Below are positions 8,959 to 16,072 of a stretch of 42,708 nt of DNA, in pieces. The stretch comes from a virus (Duplodnaviria; Caudoviricetes). Under the pieces are notes generated by a model that was not told where the DNA came from, did no database searches, and saw nothing but the letters and a program-made list of their open reading frames with translations. Where the stretch lies: positions 1-42,708 of the IMG/VR virus record IMGVR_UViG_3300042195_000141. One strand, 5' to 3'. How positions within the stretch are numbered: position 1 is the stretch's first letter; the number at the start of each line of letters is the position of its first letter. Position numbers and translations under genes: made by a program.

Positions 8959-9016
8959 TAGGACTGCTGCGCGAATCCGCGGGGAGTTTAAGTTTACCCT
9001 TTGCGAAACGATGATC

Positions 9017-9137
9017 GGCTGCTACTGGGGAGCTTACACGCCTTCTAAGCGAGAGGTCGCGGGTTCGAATCCCGTCGCGCCCCCGGGCGCGTAGCTCAGT
9101 GGTTAGAGCGCTAAAAACAGCTCCCCGACTCGCAGCC
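9017..9137 (+). ncRNA. Y-RNA/YrlA-like RNA 1 with circularly permuted tRNA domain (UCU anticodon)
   Basis: Handle GGCTGC-TACT-GGGGAGCT...AGCTCCCC-GACTC-GCAGCC encloses, in order, anticodon hairpin CGC-CTTCTAA-GCG, variable AGGTC, T arm GCGGG-TTCGAAT-CCCGT, closed acceptor CGCGCCC-CC-GGGCGCG, D arm TA-GCTC-AGTGGTTA-GAGC; adjacent to a Ro60-like gene. Confidence 0.85.
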
Positions 9138-9154
9138 AATAGTTCGTTGAAGTC

Positions 9155-9287
9155 GCCCGCTACTGCGGAGGTTACACGCGATTGGAGGTTCGAATCCTTC
9201 CCACGGCGTAAGCCGAGGTACCAAATGGAAAAGGAAGCCGGCCTCCGGGCCGGCCTTGCGACACTAAACCCTCCACGACTCGCGGGC
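9155..9287 (+). ncRNA. Y-RNA-like RNA 2 with permuted class-II-like tRNA domain
   Basis: Handle GCCCGC-TACT-GCGGAGG...CCTCCAC-GACTC-GCGGGC encloses CGCGA/TTGCG stem, T arm GGAGG-TTCGAAT-CCTTC, acceptor CCACGGC-GTAA-GCCGAGG, D-like TACCAAATGGAAAAGG, hairpin GCCGGCC-TCCG-GGCCGGC. Confidence 0.8.
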
Positions 9288-9295
9288 ACTTGATC

Positions 9296-9365
9296 ACCGC
9301 CCACTCGGACGCTTACATGCCTCCTAACTATGGCCTGGCAGCCAACAGCGTCCGGACTCGGCGGT
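9296..9365 (+). ncRNA. Y-RNA-like RNA 3 (handle with short non-tRNA cargo)
   Basis: ACCGCC-CACT-CGGACGCT-TACA...AAC-AGCGTCCG-GACTC-GGCGGT; same architecture with fully compensatory stems. Confidence 0.75.
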
Positions 9366-9431
9366 ATTTCCTCCTACTGACTCGACCTTCCAACCGTAAA
9401 CCCCAAAGCAAGCAACGGAGGTCTACCGCGC

Positions 9432-10916
9432 GTGACTCAGGAAACCGGCCTCACCAAGCAACAGATCCTCTCCGAGCTGACCCGCTCGCCGCACGGCGCG
9501 CTCGCGGAGTACGTCCCGGTCGGCCAGCGGGCCGCCCAGGATGACCCGGAGTTCCTCGCGCACATGGTCGCGTGGAACGAGAAGAAGGGGTCTATCCGCG
9601 ACTCTAAGGTCGCGCTGCCCGTGGTCTCGCTCAGCGTGCCGGGGTTCAACGGCGAGCTGGCGGAGAACTCCCTCGCCCACCTGGCGCTACTCGACCCGCG
9701 CAACCTCCTGCGGGCGGTCCGGTTCGCCCGCGAGCCGGCGCTGCGTCCGCGCGGGTGGATGCGCCAGATCACGGCGACCGTGGAACGCTACCTCCGGGCA
9801 CGCGAGGCGGTGCCGCCGTGGTGGGACCGCGCCGCGCTCCAGCACCGGACTTCTATGCGTGGGCTCTACGCGCTGCTCCACGTCAAGCCGTGTGACCGCG
9901 CGAACAACATCCTGTTCGCCGGGGTAAAGACCGGCGTATTCAAGGTGCTCGCGGAGCTGCAGTCGATGCCCGCCGCCGCCGCGGCCGGCGCCATCGCGGA
10001 GAACCGCATCCCGTTCCTCATCGCCGTCGGGGCCCTGGGTGCCCGCGCCAAGGAGGAGGAGCTGGTGCTGGCGCTGATCGATCGGATGACGCCGGCGGAG
10101 CTAGTCACCAACTCCAAGGCCCTGGAGCGGCTCGGCGTCGGCTCCGTGCCGGCCCTGCGCGCCGCGTATGACCAGGCGCTCGTGCGCGCCGCCGAGAAGG
10201 GTACCGGGCTCAAGGCGACGCGCGCCGCGGGCGCCGTGAAGTCCGTGAAGACCCGTAAGCAGCTCGCCGGCGTGCAGGAGAAGCAGCTCGCCGCTGGCGC
10301 CGGCATCGAGGGCAACTGGCTCGTGCTCGGGGACAAGTCCGGCTCGATGGCGTGCGCCATCGAGGGCGCGCGGCAGGTCGCCGCGACGCTCACCAAGTTC
10401 GTCCGGGGCAAGGTCTGGCTAGTGTTCTTCGATACCGCGCCGCGGGCGCTCGAGGTCACCGGCAAGACGTACGAGCAGATCCTCGCGGAGACCGCGCGCG
10501 TTAAGGCGGGGGGCGGCACCTCGGTCGGGTGCGGCCTGCAGTGGGCGCTCGACAACGGGTGCGACTTCGACGGCGTCGCGATCGTCTCGGACGCTGCCGA
10601 GAACACCGCGCCGCTTTTCGCGGCGGTGTACGGGCGCGCGGCGGAGCGGCTCGGCAAAGAAGTGCCGGTTTACCTGTACTGGATGATCGCTCACGGCGGA
10701 GGGCCGTTCGGTTACCTCAACCGCTCGCTCCAGAACTCGATGGCCCGGGCCGGGCACGACCTCCAGGTGTTCGAGCTGCGCGGCAACGTGGACTACTACG
10801 CGCTGCCGAACCTCGTCCTCACGATGCGGGCAAACCGCTACTCGCTGATCGACGAAGTACTCGCAACGCCGCTTTTGACGCGGGACGCCGTGTTCACGCG
10901 GACCACGGAGGCGTGA
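9432..10916 (+). CDS. Ro60/Rsr-like TROVE-vWA RNA-binding protein
   Basis: Helical N-domain with ALIDRMTPAELVTNSKALERLG (Ro60-like 'MP..AL.RNL'), C-terminal vWA MIDAS GDKSGSM...GGTSVG...VSDAAEN; 494 aa; GGAGG RBS; directly downstream of Y-like RNAs. Confidence 0.8.
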   Translation: MTQETGLTKQQILSELTRSPHGALAEYVPVGQRAAQDDPEFLAHMVAWNEKKGSIRDSKVALPVVSLSVPGFNGELAENSLAHLALLDPRNLLRAVRFAREPALRPRGWMRQITATVERYLRAREAVPPWWDRAALQHRTSMRGLYALLHVKPCDRANNILFAGVKTGVFKVLAELQSMPAAAAAGAIAENRIPFLIAVGALGARAKEEELVLALIDRMTPAELVTNSKALERLGVGSVPALRAAYDQALVRAAEKGTGLKATRAAGAVKSVKTRKQLAGVQEKQLAAGAGIEGNWLVLGDKSGSMACAIEGARQVAATLTKFVRGKVWLVFFDTAPRALEVTGKTYEQILAETARVKAGGGTSVGCGLQWALDNGCDFDGVAIVSDAAENTAPLFAAVYGRAAERLGKEVPVYLYWMIAHGGGPFGYLNRSLQNSMARAGHDLQVFELRGNVDYYALPNLVLTMRANRYSLIDEVLATPLLTRDAVFTRTTEA

Positions 10917-11028
10917 ACCGTGAAGTGGCATCCGACGCAGAGGTTGGTCAGGGATGAGGCGGTCCTACGTCAGCGACGAGAGCTACGAACGGGCCGCCTC
11001 GGCCCGCAACAAAGAAGGAGGAGACCCG

Positions 11029-11340
11029 ATGGACCTGATCCACGTGCTGAAGAACCTGGACCTGGACTGCTACTCGCTCGACGACATCGTCGGCCTGGCC
11101 TCGCTCGCGCGCGTCGCGGAGGGCGAGTACCTCCGCGGCACCCTGCCGGTGCCAACCTGGCTCACCGACGCGATCGGCAAGCTCGAGCGCACCATCGAGG
11201 CCGGCCGGCGCGATGCGCTCGAGGCCGAGCTGAAGCGGGCTCGCGGGCGGCTCGAGGGGCTCAAGACCGCCGAGGAGAAGCGCGAGGAGACCCGCGCGCT
11301 GATCGAGCGGCTCGAGGCGCAGCTCGGCGGCGGCGAGTAG
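11029..11340 (+). CDS. small coiled-coil protein cotranscribed with the TROVE gene
   Basis: AAGGAGGAG RBS before ATG 11029; heptad-rich C-terminal half. Confidence 0.75.
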   Translation: MDLIHVLKNLDLDCYSLDDIVGLASLARVAEGEYLRGTLPVPTWLTDAIGKLERTIEAGRRDALEAELKRARGRLEGLKTAEEKREETRALIERLEAQLGGGE

Positions 11341-11394
11341 GCGACTGGACCAAGTGCTACCTAGGCCGCGGAATCCCGGCTTTGCATAGTCCAT

Positions 11395-11465
11395 CGCGGG
11401 GCCTCCGGCGAGGGCCCCGGGCTCATAACCCGGGGAGGCGGGATCGACACCCGCCCCCGCAACCA
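11395..11465 (+). tRNA. initiator tRNA-fMet(CAT)-like, D arm reduced
   Basis: CGCGGGG/CCCCGCA with C1:A72 mismatch, GGG-CTCATAA-CCC anticodon arm, A73-CCA; D region only CCTCCGGCGAGG; T loop ATCGACA; 71 nt. Confidence 0.85.
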
Positions 11466-11482
11466 AGAAAGGAGAGCGACTC

Positions 11483-12216
11483 GTGAAGCTCGCGTTGGAC
11501 GATCGACGGTACCTGCGGAGGAAATCGGTCCCGCCACCGATCGCCGAACCGCGTGGGACTCTGCGGGTGGCCGACCTCTTCTGCGGCTGCGGGGGGATGA
11601 GTCTCGGCCTCCGGGAGGCGGCACGACGAGCTGGGCTCTCTATGGAGATCGTGTTGGCCCTCGACCTGGATCCCGATGCGGTTGCAGTCTTCGCTAAGAA
11701 TCTTGGGAACGCGGAGATCGGCAAGATCGAGGGCTATTTCGATGGTGACGTTGCGTCGGATTCACTGACATCGCGAGAGCGCTACGTACGCCTCATAGCT
11801 ACAAGAGTGTGTACGGGCGCATGAGGTGGGACGATCCAGCGCCGACGATCACGACGGGATTCGGTTCCATGGGCCAGGGGTGCTTCGTCCACCCGGCAAA
11901 CCCCAGGACCATCACACCTCACGAAGCAGCGCGACTCCAGACGTTTCCGGACTTCTTTTCGTTCTCGGCGGTTACGCGGAGAAGTTCTTGGGCTCGACTG
12001 ATCGGAAATGCAGTGCCGCCGTTGGCCATCGTACGACTCCTCTCAAGGGTCTGTGACCATCTCGCGAAGAGAAGTGACGGAGGTGTCAGTCAACCTCGCG
12101 AGGCAAGTCGGCTGCCGTGCTCGGGCGCAACCGTGAGCAGCTCAAGGCGATACGCCGCGGCGAGTGGACAGAGGCTCAGGTGCGCGATCACTTCACCCGC
12201 TCGGAGCCGCGGCTAG
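11483..12216 (+). pseudogene. internally deleted, frameshifted C5-cytosine DNA methyltransferase
   Basis: Motif I ADLFCGCGGMSLG in ORF 11483..11824; YGRMRWDDPAPTIT, motif IX RTITPHEAARLQTFPD and motif X LIGNAVPP in ORF 11809..12216; catalytic PC (IV) and ENV (VI) absent. Confidence 0.85.
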
Positions 12217-12401
12217 AGCAGCTCTACCAGGACAGCAAGCTGCCGCACGGGCCGGACGAAACGGCGATCAAGGCGCTGCTCATGGAGTGCCTTGAAGAGC
12301 ACTTCGGATCCCTCGCCGCAGTCGCCATGGACGAGAGTCGGCCGCTAGCCGTACTACGCGAGGTGGACGCGGCCCTGGATCGCGTGCGCGAGCTACTGTG
12401 A
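12117..12401 (+). pseudogene. C-terminal remnant of an RlaP-type (Pol-beta superfamily) nucleotidyltransferase
   Basis: RNREQLKAIRRGEWT...LEQLYQDSKLPHGPDETAIKALL resembles the C-terminal helices of RlaP/Nuc-transf proteins; no GS..YG/DxD catalytic N-domain. Confidence 0.65.
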
Positions 12402-12754
12402 AGCTCTGGCTGGACGACCTCCGCCCCGCGCCCGCTGGCTGGATGTGGGCGCGCTCGGCCGCCCGCGCGATCGAGCTGCTGCGGACCGGAGAGGTAGTCC
12501 AGGTTAGTCTCGACCACGATCTCGGTATGGACGGCCACGGACAGACGGCGGCGGGGATCATCCTTGTAAGGCCGGTCGAGGAGGCCGGCACGGGCTATGA
12601 CGTCGCCGCCTGGATCGAAGAGCAGGCCCACGCGGGCGCTCTACCGCCGATGCTTTGGGCGATCCACTCAGCGAACCCAGTGGGCCGCGAGCGTATCCGT
12701 CAGGCGATGGAGTCGGCGGAGAAGGCGTGGAGGAGAGAAGGGCCGCCGCCCTAG
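12398..12754 (+). CDS. cyclic-phosphate-processing receiver domain (cREC) protein
   Basis: KLWLDDLRPAP...SLDHDLG...GTGYDVAAWI...IHSANPVG signature. Confidence 0.88.
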   Translation: MKLWLDDLRPAPAGWMWARSAARAIELLRTGEVVQVSLDHDLGMDGHGQTAAGIILVRPVEEAGTGYDVAAWIEEQAHAGALPPMLWAIHSANPVGRERIRQAMESAEKAWRREGPPP

Positions 12755-12774
12755 AGGCTACCCGGGCGGCGGTT
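12741..12774. terminator. hairpin between convergent genes
   Basis: GGCCGCCGCCC (12741-12751) pairs with GGGCGGCGGTT (12764-12774). Confidence 0.5.
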
Positions 12775-12780
12775 AATAGC

Positions 12781-13944
12781 TTACTGCGGCAGCAGGTACG
12801 CCCCGGCGAATCCCCTGGCAGGGTCGCCGTACGGGTCGATGAGCCCGTTCTCCTCGGCCCACCTGCCGACGAACGCCTCAACGGGCGCCTTGCCGGGAAC
12901 GGTTCCCGCCCCGCACCCTCCCAGGACGACCTTCGGACGCTCGCCGGGGCGCCCAGGGGCATCGGCCAGGTAGGCCAGCCCATGGACGCACGCGACTTCC
13001 GGGAGGTCCCGGAGGCCCGTCACCCCTCTGACGTCGAGGACCTGGTGGCCCCCGATGTCGAGCCATCCCACTGGCTCGCAAGCCTGCCTGGCCTGGTCGA
13101 CGAGGTGGGAGAGCACCCGCTCCGTGACGAGGATGTCGCGCTCGACCTCCCCGGCGGTGCGGGAGGCCGGTCGACCGAATCCGTCGGTCCGGGTGAGCAC
13201 CTGCTCCACCCGGTACCGGCGCAGCTCGCCCGGGTCGACGCCGTAGCACTGCCCGGCGTAGGCCGCCGCCAGGCAGTGGTCCGCGGCGGCCGTTAGGACG
13301 AGCTCGAGTGGGACTTCGTAGTGCTCGCCGCCCCGACTAGCCACGAACCAGTCTGTGCCAGAGCCGCCCGCCCCTAGCGTGCCGAACGATCCCGGTGACA
13401 CACCGGGATCGTTGCCAACCGGCGGCAAGGGGGTCCCCGGCAGCGGGAGCCCCTCCGACGCGAGCCAGGCCATGAACTGGCCTATGCTCGACGCCGGCAA
13501 GAATTCCGACGGCGGTCGGCCGAACCCAGCATCCCCGGGGTGATGGTGATCGATGGTGATCACCTCAGGGGCACCACCCCCCGACCATACGGACCATGCG
13601 GGGATACCACCCAGCGGCAAGGGGTCCGAAAGCAGTCGACACCTTCGGGCGTACCACCACTCGGGCGTGCCCCACCCGCCCGCGGTCGGGGCGCACTCGA
13701 CCGCGATGATGCGGCCGGGCTGCTCCGGGCGGTGACTACCGTCCGCCATGAGGAGCGCGTCGCTCCGGTAGGCGGTAGGCGGGATCACCCGCCGGGGCTC
13801 GCGGTAGGCCGGGTCACCGCCAGCTGCGCCCGGCGATGGTTCCATCGTCGATGCGTAGGCGACCGGCAGCCCGGCGGCGATGGCAGGCTGCTCGATCGCG
13901 TCCATCTCGGGGTCTTGCACTCCGAGAACTACCAAGACGTCCAT
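12781..13944 (-). CDS. DHH-like phosphoesterase-related phage protein
   Basis: LGVQDPEM...VEC...IDHHHPGD...ASSIGQ...AAADH...YGDPARGFAGAY; GGAG RBS before ATG 13944. Confidence 0.6.
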   Translation of the reverse strand: MDVLVVLGVQDPEMDAIEQPAIAAGLPVAYASTMEPSPGAAGGDPAYREPRRVIPPTAYRSDALLMADGSHRPEQPGRIIAVECAPTAGGWGTPEWWYARRCRLLSDPLPLGGIPAWSVWSGGGAPEVITIDHHHPGDAGFGRPPSEFLPASSIGQFMAWLASEGLPLPGTPLPPVGNDPGVSPGSFGTLGAGGSGTDWFVASRGGEHYEVPLELVLTAAADHCLAAAYAGQCYGVDPGELRRYRVEQVLTRTDGFGRPASRTAGEVERDILVTERVLSHLVDQARQACEPVGWLDIGGHQVLDVRGVTGLRDLPEVACVHGLAYLADAPGRPGERPKVVLGGCGAGTVPGKAPVEAFVGRWAEENGLIDPYGDPARGFAGAYLLPQ

Positions 13945-14037
13945 CTTCGTTCTCCATTCTCCGCGACCCCCGCCGACGCCATTGCCGGCGGGGGTCAATA
14001 GGTACGCGCCTGAGATGCTACCGAGGCGCGGAAGCGG

Positions 14038-14451
14038 TCAGGTTCCCATCATGCGGTTTCTCGGGGCGACGGCCCCGATAGGTGTGGAACGGACCCACCG
14101 CCGCGGATGCGAGCGGACGGTGATCACTTCCGGGTCGGCGGATCCGCCGTGCCTCCAGAACTCCAGTTCGGCCGGCGAACACGCCTCGCCGGGGACGGGG
14201 AACCCGCACTCGACGGCGATAATTTGCCGCGGGTACCAGGCGCCCGGCGGCGGGAGTGCGCGCTCAGTATCCGGCCACGCCAGCGACGTGGCGTTGTAGG
14301 CGGTCGCGGGGGTGACGCGCGCCGCGCCGCGTTCGGCGGGGTGGCCGTTGGTCGCGTAGGCGACCGGCAGCCCGGCGGCCAGAGCGATGCGCTCGATCAT
14401 GTCCATCTCGGGGGCCTGCGCCCCGAGGACGATCAGGGTGTGGCTATCCAC
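14038..14451 (-). pseudogene. truncated paralog of the DHH-like gene
   Basis: LIVLGAQAPEMDMIERIALAAGLPVAYA...IIAVEC...PEVIT aligns with the 12781..13944 N-terminus, then breaks just before the DHH motif; a GAYLL C-terminal remnant follows at ~13995-14010. Confidence 0.7.
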
Positions 14452-14818
14452 GGTCCGCCTCCTTCGCCGGGGCCGCCCACCCGACCACCGGCAGCCCCCG
14501 GCACGTCGGCAGCCCGCGATTGTCGCGGCCGACGCCGTTGACCGGCGCGACGCCGACCGCCTCGTAGCCGGTCGGCAGATCGGACGGATCAATCGTAGCT
14601 TCGAGCGCCGCCGCCAGCGCGGCGGAGAACGCTTCGTGCTCCGAGAGCACGTGCATGTCCATGTCAGAGGGGCCGCTCAGCATGGCGACCCAGCTCTCGG
14701 TGTCGCGGAAGCGGGCGAACTCGGGCGCCGCCTCGAGCGCGGTGCATCCGCCCCAGATCGCCCGCTGGAGATCTTGCCGCTGGTCGGCGCCAGAAGGAGA
14801 GAGCATCATGGGCATCAA
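14444..14818 (-). CDS. hypothetical protein
   Basis: Protein-like composition; stop overlaps next start; 5' end uncertain. Confidence 0.45.
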   Translation of the reverse strand: MMPMMLSPSGADQRQDLQRAIWGGCTALEAAPEFARFRDTESWVAMLSGPSDMDMHVLSEHEAFSAALAAALEATIDPSDLPTGYEAVGVAPVNGVGRDNRGLPTCRGLPVVGWAAPAKEADRG

Positions 14819-15064
14819 CCACGGCCGGTGGCACGGCTATCGCGAGCACGAGGGCGACGGCCAGGGCGGAGCGCCGCGCGAGAGCCGCGACGACCCAGCC
14901 GAGGGCTGCCGCCGCGCCGGGACTCAGGGCGGCTGGGTCGCCGCGCAGGGCCGCGCACAGCTCGGGCGCGACCCCGCCTGCACCGTCGAGATCGTGCGCC
15001 ATGCGCCGGAACAGGAGGCCGTCGCGCCGGCGCTCGGCGCGGTCCGGGTGGACGTACACGGGGC

Positions 15065-15331
15065 CTAGCGGCGGGGGCATCTCGACTCCTCCCAGCTGCC
15101 GAGCGCGAGATGCAGCCAGTTGGTCGCCAGGTTGTGCGAGGCGTCGGCGACCGGCTCGGCGCCGGTGTAGACCTCGATCTTGGCGTCGATCTCCCGCCGG
15201 CAGTGCTCCGGGCTGGTCCCCGTCCCGCACCGCCAGTCCTCCGGCCCGTCGTACTCCGGATGCGCGAAGGCCCAGCCGCCGCTGACCGAGTCGGGGGTGA
15301 TCTCGAACCCGCGGTAGGTGATGGGGGTCAC
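15065..15331 (-). CDS. hypothetical protein
   Basis: GTGA coupling to upstream gene; ITYRGFEITPD...WAFAHPEYDGPEDWRCG. Confidence 0.65.
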   Translation of the reverse strand: MTPITYRGFEITPDSVSGGWAFAHPEYDGPEDWRCGTGTSPEHCRREIDAKIEVYTGAEPVADASHNLATNWLHLALGSWEESRCPRR

Positions 15332-15633
15332 GACGCCACCTGCTGCCGGACGTTGAGCCACAGCTGGCCCCACCGGGTGTCTCGGGAGTAGGTGAAGCCG
15401 CGATCGGCCAGCAGCTGGTCGCCGGCGATGTTGACCGCCAGGACCTCGCCGCTGTCGCAGTCGGCGACCATGCGCGAGTCGGGGTCGTAGTAGACGCCCG
15501 GGAAGTCGGTCAGTGTCGCCACGAGGGCGGGGGTGCTGTCGTCATCCGGCAGATCGATCGACCGGCCTACCTCGCGCAGTGCCTGGCGGATCTCGGAGTC
15601 GGTCGCGGTTCCCGGGTCTAGCTTTGCGTTCAT
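15328..15633 (-). CDS. hypothetical early protein (MNAKLDPG leader, copy A)
   Basis: Follows promoter cassette copy 2; first 21 aa identical to 18376..18891. Confidence 0.75.
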   Translation of the reverse strand: MNAKLDPGTATDSEIRQALREVGRSIDLPDDDSTPALVATLTDFPGVYYDPDSRMVADCDSGEVLAVNIAGDQLLADRGFTYSRDTRWGQLWLNVRQQVAS

Positions 15634-15725
15634 CTTGTTTCCCCTTTCCCGTTGAGGCAACTATAGCGCCCCGGCGCGGAAAAGTAAACCCCCGACGTGA
15701 AGATTGGCGAAGAAAGTCCGTAAGT
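15571..15725 (-). repeat. promoter/RBS/leader cassette copy 2
   Basis: ~155-bp near-identical direct repeat of 18829-18982; contains TTTACT-17-TATAGT on the minus strand. Confidence 0.95.
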
Positions 15726-15796
15726 GGCCGTCGTTGCCGTAGGTTACGGGTTATCCCGCCGCGCGGGATGCTACCCCCGTGCGGCGGGCTAGCCCA

Positions 15797-16045
15797 CTAA
15801 AAGGCGTACGCCGACCTACCGCCCGGCAAGTGGGCCTTGAGGTCAGCGTCGGAAGCGGCGATACCGTGCCGAAGCTTGAAGGCGCGGAGCTTCCGGGGGC
15901 TCGCTCCGACCTCACTCGCGGCGTCGATATCGATCTTCCCAGGGCGCCGCACGAGGCGCCCCCCGCGGCCCGGCCGGTACTCGTCCGGGCTGGAGAACTC
16001 CTGGCGGATCGCACGAGCCATCTTTGCGAGCTCTGAACGCTTCAT
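15797..16045 (-). CDS. hypothetical basic protein
   Basis: GGAGGGAG RBS before ATG. Confidence 0.6.
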   Translation of the reverse strand: MKRSELAKMARAIRQEFSSPDEYRPGRGGRLVRRPGKIDIDAASEVGASPRKLRAFKLRHGIAASDADLKAHLPGGRSAYAF

Positions 16046-16072
16046 CTCGATCTCCCTCCGTTGTCGTTGCCG

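Noticed and set aside
9039-9112. Two ordinary adjacent or truncated tRNA genes
   Set aside because: The 3' half precedes the 5' half, the halves pair perfectly with each other across a 2-nt link, there is no CCA, and the whole is enclosed by the handle helix; a single permuted domain fits better.
9017-9365. CRISPR array interpretation of the repeated units
   Set aside because: Repeats conserve structure rather than sequence, each unit encloses its variable part within a stem, unit lengths differ widely, and there are no cas genes.
8894-9544. ORFs 8894..9304(-), 9099..9293(+) and 9290..9544(+)
   Set aside because: They overlap the tRNA and structured RNAs, lack RBSs and are not protein-like.
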